From NCBI GenBank assembly GCA_020348985.1, contig CP070761.1:883613-947612 (forward strand): a stretch of 64,000 nt of DNA. Reading direction: 5' to 3'. Position numbers and translations under genes: made by a program. This document shows positions 1 to 9,206 of the stretch, piece by piece. The stretch is from Candidatus Thorarchaeota archaeon. Its GTDB lineage: Archaea > Asgardarchaeota > Thorarchaeia > Thorarchaeales > Thorarchaeaceae. The notes under the pieces are model-generated. The model was not told the origin of the DNA. It did not search any database and was given only the letters and a program-made list of their open reading frames with translations. Every line of letters begins with the position of its first letter. Positions within the stretch are counted from its first letter, which is position 1.

Positions 1-1953
1 AGCCCCAGTGGAGTTCACGAAATAACCAAGTCGACCTATGATGTCATATGATCCTGTCACCAGTTCAAAATGATCTGTCTGCCATGTCATAGCAGAATTA
101 TTCATGTAGAGTGTGTCACCGCTCGTAAGAAGAGTATTGTCATATTCAAGTTCAGCTGTCACACTAATTGTAGCAGATGACCAGATATCTATTCGATTAT
201 CATTCGCCGAAGTAGACAGGATCCTAATTCGGTCCCAAATACAGAATGTATACCAATCTCCTGTGTAACTAGCTATTGCTGTGATTCCATGCGAGTCCCC
301 AGACGGGCTACCTGGATCGTAGGCACGTCTGCCAACAGTATCGTACTGGAATGTTGTATCGTTCCACGCGAAAACGCCGTCAAAGCTGGTATTATCGAAA
401 TTATATCTGGCAGTCACAACGATACCGGATGCGTTCTCATTGACACTGATTCGTTGGTTAGTCGGTCCAGTGATGGTCACATTCAGAGAATCCCAAATAA
501 CATAGTTCGCACCATCAAAACCAATTACAGAAATGTAGTAGACGGGATCGGTGACGGATATGACACGATAACCTCTTTTTCCAACGGTCGTATATAGGAA
601 CGTTGTATGATTCAATGTTAGTGTGCCCGAAAACTGTGTCCAATCTGATTCATAGTAGGCAAATACTGTAATACCTGATGCATTTTGATTGACGTTAATT
701 CGATGGTCAGGTATTGTTATATTGCATGACAAAGAGTCCCAGGTTTGCGTAATTGATTGACCATTCTGGTCAACCGCTCCAGCCAGACTATGAGAACCTC
801 CAGAAAATGTGACTGAATTGTATGTAAAAGCTTGAGCGGTCGCTTTCGTGTCCACAATTATCCAACCAGAGTAACTAGCCCAGTAGGTTGCGCTAACTCC
901 ATTTACGGTAACTGTGCCAGTCGTCACCAAGGAATCATCATAATCATAGTAAATGATCAGCAATTGCTTGGCGGGAACATTGATGTCTATTCTTGATGAG
1001 TTTAGTTGACTGTATGATTGAACTTGAACACGGTCTGCAATATAGGAATCAGATGGTGAAAGAGTATAGTATAGATCTGAACCTCCAAAACCAGCTCCTT
1101 CTTCAACTATTTTGACAGTGTACCAGTCTAGGCCTACTTGATCATCAGCATAGCAAGTAATATCGAAAGCTCCTGATGGAATGATTGTATCACTCCATGG
1201 TCCTAGAACACTTCCATATTGTGGTGCTGAAACCCATGCATCAATTTGATTTGAAGGAGGATTCAAAGTGGATCCACGATAAGTAGTTGTCCCAGTAATG
1301 TGGAAAACCTCATCAAGATCTCCCCGGTCAACTGTTCCGCCATCGTCACTAGTCACACTTGGAATAACAGAATAATCGAGGCGTGTTTCAATGTCCCAAT
1401 TCACTTCATACCAATCAGCATCAGAAGTTGCGTTATAATCATAGACGTACTGGTAAACATCAACATCTGCTGAAGCGAGATGGTACCAATCTATTCGTAA
1501 TACGAAAGTTGCATCGATATCATTTCCAGATCTAGTTGCGCTGCAAGAACCAGTTTGTAGTGCAATGTTCCCTGAACTTCCGACCTCTGAGAAAGTGTTA
1601 AGGTTTTCATCATATTTGACCTTCCAATACTCAGTAATTCGATTATTATCATATAGAGATAGTTCGATATACTCTATTGCTTGGTAGCCATCTGGGACTG
1701 ATACATAAGCTGTAATCTGATAGTCTCTCAATTGAGCATACATATTATCAGTGTCATCTGGGTTTTGCAATACTGGAGCCTGGTCATTAACTGGATTAAA
1801 TGAAAGCTCATGATGTTTTTCTGGACAAATTCCTGTTATTGGTACCTCCATTGCCCTCTCGATTACATTTGACACGTTTATTAACGACATTATGATGGTG
1901 AAGCAAACTATAGAAGTTATCAGAATAAGAACTCGGTTCTTTGGTCCAAACAT
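1..1953 (-). CDS. Large secreted/cell-surface beta-repeat (Ig-like) protein, 3' end outside the window
   Basis: Manual translation gives an open frame from ATG at 1953 (MFGPKNRVLILITSIVCFTIIMSLIN, signal-like) to position 1 without a stop (651 codons). It has ~80-100 aa repeats starting (W/A)D-x-(L/I/V) with RI(N/S/D)(V/I) and Y-x-x-D motifs, and many N-x-S/T sequons. It is absent from the ORF track, presumably because it lacks a stop. Confidence 0.85.
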   Translation of the reverse strand, partial: MFGPKNRVLILITSIVCFTIIMSLINVSNVIERAMEVPITGICPEKHHELSFNPVNDQAPVLQNPDDTDNMYAQLRDYQITAYVSVPDGYQAIEYIELSLYDNNRITEYWKVKYDENLNTFSEVGSSGNIALQTGSCSATRSGNDIDATFVLRIDWYHLASADVDVYQYVYDYNATSDADWYEVNWDIETRLDYSVIPSVTSDDGGTVDRGDLDEVFHITGTTTYRGSTLNPPSNQIDAWVSAPQYGSVLGPWSDTIIPSGAFDITCYADDQVGLDWYTVKIVEEGAGFGGSDLYYTLSPSDSYIADRVQVQSYSQLNSSRIDINVPAKQLLIIYYDYDDSLVTTGTVTVNGVSATYWASYSGWIIVDTKATAQAFTYNSVTFSGGSHSLAGAVDQNGQSITQTWDSLSCNITIPDHRINVNQNASGITVFAYYESDWTQFSGTLTLNHTTFLYTTVGKRGYRVISVTDPVYYISVIGFDGANYVIWDSLNVTITGPTNQRISVNENASGIVVTARYNFDNTSFDGVFAWNDTTFQYDTVGRRAYDPGSPSGDSHGITAIASYTGDWYTFCIWDRIRILSTSANDNRIDIWSSATISVTAELEYDNTLLTSGDTLYMNNSAMTWQTDHFELVTGSYDIIGRLGYFVNSTGA

Positions 1954-2354
1954 GTAACCCATATCCCCCTTTCCAAGATCTGAATAGGATTAACATCTTC
2001 GGGTTGCTATGTAGGAATTACCAAAATCCAGGTACAATTCTCTGACACTTTTGGCAAACCCGTTTCACATTTCATGATTGGTCTGCGATATAAGTCTGCG
2101 GACAATCGCCATTGTCGCAATCAATTCTATTGAAAAGATACGTTCTTGAGTGTAGCTGCTGTAATTCTGCAATCTTCGATTCTCATCACAGGGACAATTG
2201 TTGGTGCTGGCACCTCCCACCAAGAGATCTGCTTGGCATCCTTACCAAGAGCAGATGTGCTAGCAAACATCCTCATGTTGTTGTCATTGGTCCTCAAAGC
2301 GCTGATTGGATAAGCCTCCGAACCTGTCCAAGAGTCCAATCAAAGAATAAGAGA

Positions 2355-2371
2355 GGGGGCTAGGTGCCCCC
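2355..2371 (-). terminator. Hairpin plus pyrimidine tract downstream of the membrane protein gene
   Basis: On the minus strand GGGGGC-ACCTA-GCCCCC is followed by TCTCTTATTCTTT, just after the stop at 2376. Confidence 0.5.
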
Positions 2372-2375
2372 ACAG

Positions 2376-3779
2376 CTAATCCTCTTCTTCGTCCTCTTCT
2401 TCACCAAGGCGTCTAGCACGGCCAAGTCGGCGGCTATCATCGACACGTAGTCGACGAGAATCAGGAGGCGCAATTGCATCGGATGGTTCTCTTTCACCTT
2501 TTGGCTCGTACTCCTCAGGAGCTTCAGAGGCCCTCAGGATTTCTTCATCCACTTCTCCTTCTTCGAAGACCTCACCCTCATCTCTTGCCCTCTCGACGAT
2601 TCGTTCAACTCGTTCTACGCGAAGATAGTAGATCATTGTGAACATGGCCATGAGTGGGAATGCGAGGAGTTTTGCGATGTCCCTAAACAAGAAAGTGGCG
2701 AAGTTGACTTCTGCTGTCCAGAATCCAGGGAAGAACCAGCCGCCAATGGCTGAGCCGGATCCTGAGGCAGCGATTATGCTGTCGACAAAGAAGAATCCAC
2801 TGGCCAGGAAGAATGTTATCAGAGGTCCTAGGTCTCTTGTTCGAGCTTTAGATTCCTCAACTTCTTCGGTTACGGTTCTTCCAATACCACTCATTGCATA
2901 AACCAGGAAGAACAAAGACATGGCAATGTCAACAGCTTCCATCGAGGGAGCCGATGATCTCCTCATCACATTGAACAAGAAGTAGCCCGAGTAAATGGAA
3001 ATGAACAAGGTTAGAAGACTGATATTGATTGCAGCTCCTTTGGTCGCATACCTGAAGTAGGAGAGAAGTGAAATCAGGGCAAAGAGCCCCAACAGCCCAA
3101 ATGCTCCTAACAGGAAGGGGAAGTGCAAAGAGACATTGTCCTGGAATTCTGGGAACACAGGGCCCAATAGAGCACTGATTCCGAACATATCTCCTGGGAT
3201 TACAACTAGGGCAACTACTGCTTCAGCTGCTATGATGCCAATCCCGATAATCAGTATGATGAAGGCGAGAATGCCTGTGCCAATACCTCCCTTCTTCGGT
3301 TCAGCAATTGTCGCAATCCGCAGACTAGTCCTTGATGATAGGTAGCCTTGGAATCCAATCCACCCCACCCAACAGAATGCTGCGAATATGAAGAGAATAG
3401 CTTCTCCGAGGAATATCGACATCCACACAGAAATTGCAAACGAGACCGCTAGCCAGGCCACACCCTTCATCTCAGTCACACGACCTCGGCCTCGCCTTGT
3501 AATCCAAAGCCGATCTAGCCTCAGAGCGAGCAGCAATGTCCCGATCATGAAGTAGATTGTGCCCGTCGCACCGAGATATGCGAAAGTGGTTATCAGAATC
3601 GTCTCAATCGTTGTTCCAATCACCCATGTTTGAGACAGTAGGAACGAAACGAAGAATGACAAGAAAACTGTCATGACAAAAATGATCAGATAGGCCACGT
3701 AGCGCCTCGTTTTGAAGAACACTTTCAGGCCTTCAACAATGCCAGAAAGAATAGGAATACCCAAAACATCATCCTCCAA
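2376..3779 (-). CDS. Polytopic membrane protein of unknown function with acidic C-terminal tail
   Basis: 467 aa, about 10 hydrophobic segments, E/D/R-rich tail. No family recognised. Confidence 0.8.
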   Translation of the reverse strand: MEDDVLGIPILSGIVEGLKVFFKTRRYVAYLIIFVMTVFLSFFVSFLLSQTWVIGTTIETILITTFAYLGATGTIYFMIGTLLLALRLDRLWITRRGRGRVTEMKGVAWLAVSFAISVWMSIFLGEAILFIFAAFCWVGWIGFQGYLSSRTSLRIATIAEPKKGGIGTGILAFIILIIGIGIIAAEAVVALVVIPGDMFGISALLGPVFPEFQDNVSLHFPFLLGAFGLLGLFALISLLSYFRYATKGAAINISLLTLFISIYSGYFLFNVMRRSSAPSMEAVDIAMSLFFLVYAMSGIGRTVTEEVEESKARTRDLGPLITFFLASGFFFVDSIIAASGSGSAIGGWFFPGFWTAEVNFATFLFRDIAKLLAFPLMAMFTMIYYLRVERVERIVERARDEGEVFEEGEVDEEILRASEAPEEYEPKGEREPSDAIAPPDSRRLRVDDSRRLGRARRLGEEEDEEED

Positions 3780-3957
3780 TTCTGCATCTCCGAAGTACTT
3801 GGTTCGATTTAAGCTTTGCAGAGGTTCTGCTCACGACAAGAAGATGGTCTTCAGAAACCCTTCTGCTCATGTGAACACTTCGGTCAAACGCAAACTGAAT
3901 TGAAAGCAATGGATTTCCACATAAGTTAGCTTTAATAGCGCTCAAAACGAATCCTTA

Positions 3958-4062
3958 GTGTGGCCGGGTGGCTGACAGGGTCTTGTTTTCGTAACATGCC
4001 CTCATTACAAACAACTCCCCCCCTCCTACCACAGCCTTGTCGGCACTGGCCACACCTCTTTT
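3958..4062 (+). ncRNA. Candidate structured small RNA
   Basis: 5' GTGTGGCCGGGTGGCTGACAGGG pairs with 3' CCTTGTCGGCACTGGCCACAC (about 21 bp, three G-U pairs, two bulges). There is an inner stem TTGTTT..GTAA/TTAC.AAACAA, a TTTAATA box at 3931-3937 and a CTCTTTT end. Confidence 0.6.
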
Positions 4063-4174
4063 CCGTTCAAATCCAAATACAGCATGTCGGCACATGAGTC
4101 CACGTTGACCGCATTCCTTTTCTATGGTTTTGCTCGGAATTTAAGGTGTGTGGAAACTTGGAGCGTGAGAGCGA

Positions 4175-4948
4175 ATGTCATCAGCGCAAGTTCAGATTGT
4201 CACCCAAGGACTGTCCAAGAATTTCGGGCCTATTGAAGCTTTGAAGAATCTCGATCTAGAGGTGAAAAAGGGGAGCACCTTCGGATTCCTCGGACCAAAT
4301 GGAGCGGGCAAGACAACTACAGTAAGAATACTCTCAGGACTGCTGAGGCCCAGCTCAGGAAATGCAGCTGTCTGTGGATTCGATGTCCTGACGCAGCAAG
4401 ATGAGATAAAGGGCGCAACAGGACTGCTCCCTGAGACACCGGGGCTCTACTCCAAACTATCTGCAGTCGAGTTTCTAGAGTTCATTGGTGCTCTCAACGA
4501 TCTGACTGGAGAGATTGTCAACAAGAGAATCGACCAACTGCTCGCTCTTCTTGGTCTTGAAGGACGTCAGAATGATCTTCTGGAAAGCTATAGCTCAGGG
4601 ATGAAGCAGAAGGTTCTGGTAGCTTCAACGATTCTCCACGATCCGACTCTGGTGTTTCTCGATGAACCAACATCAAGGTTGGATCCATCTGCAAGTGCCC
4701 TTGTAAAGGAAATCATCCTCGCTCTCGCCAAGGAGACCGAAACTACGTTCTTTATTTGCACTCACATGACAGACTTTGCTGAAGATGTCTGCGACATCAT
4801 AGGCATTCTAAACGAGGGCGTTCTGTCAGCCTTGGGTTCTCCCAACGAGATAATCGATCAAGTAGGTGCCAATGACCTTGAGGACGCCTACCTCAAGATA
4901 GTCGGTGGTGAAGTTGACCGCGAGAAGCTTCTCACTTGGAGGCAGTGA
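4175..4948 (+). CDS. ABC transporter ATP-binding protein (ABC-2/CcmA-like)
   Basis: Walker A GPNGAGKTT, signature YSSGMKQK, Walker B VFLDEPT, H-loop CTH. Confidence 0.95.
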   Translation: MSSAQVQIVTQGLSKNFGPIEALKNLDLEVKKGSTFGFLGPNGAGKTTTVRILSGLLRPSSGNAAVCGFDVLTQQDEIKGATGLLPETPGLYSKLSAVEFLEFIGALNDLTGEIVNKRIDQLLALLGLEGRQNDLLESYSSGMKQKVLVASTILHDPTLVFLDEPTSRLDPSASALVKEIILALAKETETTFFICTHMTDFAEDVCDIIGILNEGVLSALGSPNEIIDQVGANDLEDAYLKIVGGEVDREKLLTWRQ

Positions 4949-5037
4949 TCGAGGACCGGGAGATGCAAACGCTCTAAGAATGTGATACAAACACGGATAT
5001 TCCGAATACCGTGCATATGCTTTGAGGTTCACCCCGG

Positions 5038-5370
5038 ATGACAGATTGTCTGCCACCAGCAAATACGTCGTGTGGGAGATGCGGATGTGTGATCTTCTAT
5101 ACCGGGGAGGATTGTGTTCTTTGTCCTCTAGCAAGTGACATTCTCAGAAACACCGCCTCCAGTCTGGGGGTCTCTAGTCAGTCGTTCTGCGAGGTGGACG
5201 TCGATGCCGATGCTGGATTGGCTATTGACTCCTCTTTGGTTGCGATTCCCTCGATGAGAATCTGCGACAGACAATTGAATGGACTTCCCGATGAAGCATC
5301 GATACGAGATGCATTGGTTCGCGCCATGATTCTGCAGCCATGTTTCATTGATGATTCTGTACGTTCTTGA
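5038..5370 (+). CDS. Possible small Cys-rich protein
   Basis: 110 aa filling the gap between two + genes, with CGRCGC and CVLC motifs and GAGGT 9 nt upstream of the ATG. No family recognised. Confidence 0.4.
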   Translation: MTDCLPPANTSCGRCGCVIFYTGEDCVLCPLASDILRNTASSLGVSSQSFCEVDVDADAGLAIDSSLVAIPSMRICDRQLNGLPDEASIRDALVRAMILQPCFIDDSVRS

Positions 5371-5439
5371 GATTAGTACTTGAACCGAAAGAAAGAAGGC
5401 CAGCAAGAAATTACCGCACAAACTGTTGCGGTGTTGTGT

Positions 5440-6351
5440 GTGGATTCCATTGATAGAGGAATAGCCCTCGATCTAAGCAGGGATTGTAGGACTTCCCTAC
5501 AGAAGCTTTCACTCAAGTATAACATAAGCTCGAACGCCATCAAAAAACGGATTGACAAACTTCTCGAGATTGGAGTAATTGAGAAATTCTTGGTCAGGTT
5601 GAGTCGGGCGATGGCAGACACAGAGATGCTATTTGCGATAGTGTACACGGACAAGTCAGTAGATGATGACACATTCGCTGAGAGAGTCTTTGAACATCCA
5701 CAAGTTGCTAGCGTACATTACGATTCTTTTGGTTCCTGCATAGTGCACGCAGAGTATTCCGGAGCAAAAGAACTTGGTGAATTGGGAGTGTTTCTCCGTG
5801 GACTAGAAAGCGTCACAGATGTAGAGTTACACACTTTGCCAATTGCCAGAGGTAGCAAGGTCGAACTCAAGAACCTACAGATGCGAGTGCTTGTCCCGCT
5901 ACTCGACAATCCACGAATGTCCGTCACTGACATTGCCCAGGCTACAGGTTTGACAGCTCGAAGAGTTCGTCGGACGATCCAAGAGCTGTCTGATGGTGGA
6001 GGTGTTGAGTTCACGGTGGCTCTGACTTTCCCTGCCGCAGACACGACTTATCTCGCCTTTCGAATGACCTGGGATTCGAAGATAATAAGTCCGGAGCAGA
6101 TAGATTCAATCATAAAGAAGCAGTTTCCAAACGACTACTATCGGTCAGTGTATTCGGCCATTGAGCCGATAATCTGGTGTGACTTTATCGTTGGACATGC
6201 CCGTGATGCTGAAACCATTACAGCAAAGCTAAGGAAGATTCCGTCTGCAACTGTAGAGAATACCATCATCGTCTACCCGCCAAAGAAGCGGCGGAACATC
6301 AGAGAATTGAAGCTCCGTAAGATGCTTTCAGATGCAGGATATCTCCATTAG
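5440..6351 (+). CDS. Lrp/AsnC-family transcriptional regulator with duplicated HTH-RAM units
   Basis: Two Lrp-like HTH segments (DSIDRGIALDLSRDCRTSLQKLS; LQMRVLVPLLDNPRMSVTDIAQATGL). Start set at GTG 5440 by analogy to the Lrp N-terminus; the ORF opens at 5380. Confidence 0.85.
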   Translation: MDSIDRGIALDLSRDCRTSLQKLSLKYNISSNAIKKRIDKLLEIGVIEKFLVRLSRAMADTEMLFAIVYTDKSVDDDTFAERVFEHPQVASVHYDSFGSCIVHAEYSGAKELGELGVFLRGLESVTDVELHTLPIARGSKVELKNLQMRVLVPLLDNPRMSVTDIAQATGLTARRVRRTIQELSDGGGVEFTVALTFPAADTTYLAFRMTWDSKIISPEQIDSIIKKQFPNDYYRSVYSAIEPIIWCDFIVGHARDAETITAKLRKIPSATVENTIIVYPPKKRRNIRELKLRKMLSDAGYLH

Positions 6352-7732
6352 AAGTTAGACCTGAGCTATTGATAGATTGTGACCTCGAAGGGCAGGTCAC
6401 CTTTATCTTCTCAGTTCTCGAGACTCGGTTTCCAGATGAATCGGTTGCAGACACTATGAAGTCATATATGCCATCGGGCAAGTCAAATGCTACTCTGCCA
6501 AACGTACTGTTCGCCCAGAATACAGGGTTCTCGACTCTGAAGAAAGAAATCTGGATGCCTTTGCCAACGATAGCGATGTCGACATCAGAAATCCAGCTGC
6601 CGTCATCTATGACTTCAGCTAGAAACGCAGTTCCCTCACGAGTCACAATCGTCCTCATGTTTTCAATTCTAGGGCAAACAGTATCTGAAAGACTGTGTGC
6701 AAACACTTCAATCTCCTGTCCGACAGGAATGCTATCAAGCAATATGAATACCCTTCCATTCTCTCGGGAAATGACATACTTATCAGAGAGCCGACCCCCA
6801 TCCGCAATCGCAAACTCAGTCCAGTGACGGGGTATCTCAATACGATATGTCAGCGCAACGCCAAACGAGAAGTCATCATCCAGTTCTGTCCGGAAGGATA
6901 TGCTGTGCTTACTCCTCCTACTTGATGTAATCCTCAACGAGTCTCTTTCGAGTTGGTACGCTAGGGCCTCACCCCAGCTCGTGTACCAGGTATCCTTTCT
7001 CACGGCAATCTGCTTTAGCATTTCAAAGAATTCAGATCGTTCTGCAGGAGTGAACCACTTGGAGTGTCCATAACACTTGTATGCGGCGTAATCATCGCCT
7101 GCACGCGCAACCATTTCTTCGAATGTGGTGATGAGCCGATTCATGTTCTTGCCCTTTACACCATCGACTGATGGGAAAGAATGCACTGCGTGCCCAGGAT
7201 TCTCAATAGGCCAAGTTCCTCGGTTTGAAGCCGATTCATATTGAATTCCACGCGCCAGTCTGAAGAACTCAAGTGCCTGCTCCTGAGCTGCATCATTCTG
7301 TGATCCGTAGGGATACGCAAATACAATCGGTGTGAATCCGAACACTCGCTCGATATCACTGATGCTTTGACGAAGCAAGTATTCTCTATAGGACTGGTTC
7401 AGTTGAGCATGATGGAGATGCTCTCTAGAGTGGGACTGAATGTCGTGGCCCCGGAACAACATGTCAAGTCCCCACAGCTGTGCGACATCTATTTGACTCG
7501 TCACTGCAAACGTTGTGTGTTTGAATCCGAGGTCATCTTCAAGAAACGAGAAAGCTAAGTCATCACCCCCATCATCCCAAGAGAACATGAAAGCGAACTG
7601 CCTTCCTCCGCGGAAAACCTCGACTTCTGGGCTTGATGCTTCGGTCATTGATTCATCAATGCTGAAAGCAAAGAAGGAATCGAGGAGCAGGAACATTACA
7701 CCAATGATCACGACGACCGTCTTTCTTCTCAA
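6299..7732 (-). CDS. Secreted polysaccharide deacetylase (CE4/NodB-like) with C-terminal beta domains
   Basis: Signal-like N-terminus and motifs FSWDDG, HSREH and FAYPYG. Confidence 0.85.
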   Translation of the reverse strand: MRRKTVVVIIGVMFLLLDSFFAFSIDESMTEASSPEVEVFRGGRQFAFMFSWDDGGDDLAFSFLEDDLGFKHTTFAVTSQIDVAQLWGLDMLFRGHDIQSHSREHLHHAQLNQSYREYLLRQSISDIERVFGFTPIVFAYPYGSQNDAAQEQALEFFRLARGIQYESASNRGTWPIENPGHAVHSFPSVDGVKGKNMNRLITTFEEMVARAGDDYAAYKCYGHSKWFTPAERSEFFEMLKQIAVRKDTWYTSWGEALAYQLERDSLRITSSRRSKHSISFRTELDDDFSFGVALTYRIEIPRHWTEFAIADGGRLSDKYVISRENGRVFILLDSIPVGQEIEVFAHSLSDTVCPRIENMRTIVTREGTAFLAEVIDDGSWISDVDIAIVGKGIQISFFRVENPVFWANSTFGRVAFDLPDGIYDFIVSATDSSGNRVSRTEKIKVTCPSRSQSINSSGLTSNGDILHLKASYGASIL

Positions 7733-8039
7733 TAGAGTCTCCTTCTACTATTCTGCAGACTTCCGTTGTAGCAGCATATGGCCGAGTGCCTATCCTGCAT
7801 TACGGTCTGCTCTGCAATTTTGACGACAAGCAAAGATGTATGATCTATTGCATCAGATCTTATCGTCAAGAGATAATCCGAATTCAAAAGATAATAGTCA
7901 AGGGTTTGAACACACTCGTTCAATCAATTGGACACTATTGTTCTGACAATTAGAACGATTCAAGCAATTGATTTTGCCCTATGCTCGCAAAGCTTTTCCG
8001 GTTGGAGCCTTAACTGGTTTCTAAGGTGGGATAGCAGAA

Positions 8040-9206
8040 TTGAGCAGCTCCTTGGTTGACCGCGAATCCACAGTTGATCTGCTGAAGGACCTAGTGAAGA
8101 TAGATTCTGTAAATCCGTCCCTTGTCAAAGGTGCGGCGGGGGAAGCAGAAATCGCTGAGTTCCTTTCGGACTACATGCAGGGACTGGGTCTGAGAACCGC
8201 TGTCGAGGAAGTGGACACAGGCAGACCTAATGTAGTGGGCGTCTTGGAGGGGGAGGAACAAGGACCTTCACTGCTTCTTAATGGGCACACAGACACTGTT
8301 GGCGTGGATTACATGGATGTTGACCCATTTAATCCAGTGATAAGAGACGGCAAGCTGTACGGTCGAGGCGCCTTTGATATGAAAGGGGGTCTTGCTTCTA
8401 TTGTGGCTGCCACAAAGGCTGTTGTGGAGTCCGATAGAAAGCTAAGGGGCAATCTCGTGATATCTGCAGTCTGCGATGAAGAATACGCGTCAATAGGTAC
8501 AGAGAGACTCATGAATGATATTCTACCTGACGCCGCAATTATAGGAGAACCGACGGAACTCGACATTCTGGTTGCTCACAAGGGATTCTCATGGGTTGAG
8601 ATTGTGACAAGAGGGTTTGCCGCCCATGGTAGCCAGCATGAAAAGGGAATCGATGCTATAGCAATGATGGGACGAGTTCTTGTAGAGTTGGAGAAACTAC
8701 AAGGAGGCCTTGCTAGGAAGACACATGAGAAAGTGGGTCATCCGACACTCCACGCTTCAATTATAGAAGGCGGAAGTGAGCTAAGTACATATCCCGATTG
8801 TTGCGTGCTCAAAATCGAATGGAGGACTGTGCCTGGCGAAGATGAGTCAACGATTAGAAATGAGATTGAGTCAGTGCTTTCGGGACTTGCAAGCAGGGAT
8901 GGCAACTTCAAAGCAGACTATGAGATTATTCTCTCCAGAGGACCAATGGAAGTCTCAGAGAATGAATCAATCTGTCAGAGCCTTGCAAACGTGATTCTTG
9001 AAGTAACTGGACGTGTACCAGAATACATTGGTAGACCTTTCTGGCTCGACACAGAAATCATCTGGAGGAAAGGAGTGCCTGCAGTAGCATTTGGTCCAAG
9101 TGGTGACGGGGCTCATGCAGCGGTAGAGTATGTCAATGTTGAATCTGTGATTACCGCGGCACGTGTGCTAGAGAGATTTGCACATAGCTACTTAGGATCC
9201 ATTTAG
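8040..9206 (+). CDS. M20 family ArgE/DapE-like deacylase
   Basis: LNGHTDTV, GRGAFDMKGG, DEE, GEPT and C-terminal AH metal ligands. Confidence 0.93.
   Translation: MSSSLVDRESTVDLLKDLVKIDSVNPSLVKGAAGEAEIAEFLSDYMQGLGLRTAVEEVDTGRPNVVGVLEGEEQGPSLLLNGHTDTVGVDYMDVDPFNPVIRDGKLYGRGAFDMKGGLASIVAATKAVVESDRKLRGNLVISAVCDEEYASIGTERLMNDILPDAAIIGEPTELDILVAHKGFSWVEIVTRGFAAHGSQHEKGIDAIAMMGRVLVELEKLQGGLARKTHEKVGHPTLHASIIEGGSELSTYPDCCVLKIEWRTVPGEDESTIRNEIESVLSGLASRDGNFKADYEIILSRGPMEVSENESICQSLANVILEVTGRVPEYIGRPFWLDTEIIWRKGVPAVAFGPSGDGAHAAVEYVNVESVITAARVLERFAHSYLGSI

Noticed and set aside
2127-2339. 70-aa minus-strand ORF in an intergenic gap
   Set aside because: No motif or SD, and it begins just after a terminator-like hairpin, so it cannot be supported.
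3958-4062. H/ACA guide RNA or a simple terminator
   Set aside because: ACA occurs near the 3' end, but there is no pseudouridylation pocket or K-turn. No gene ends here, because the flanking genes are divergent.
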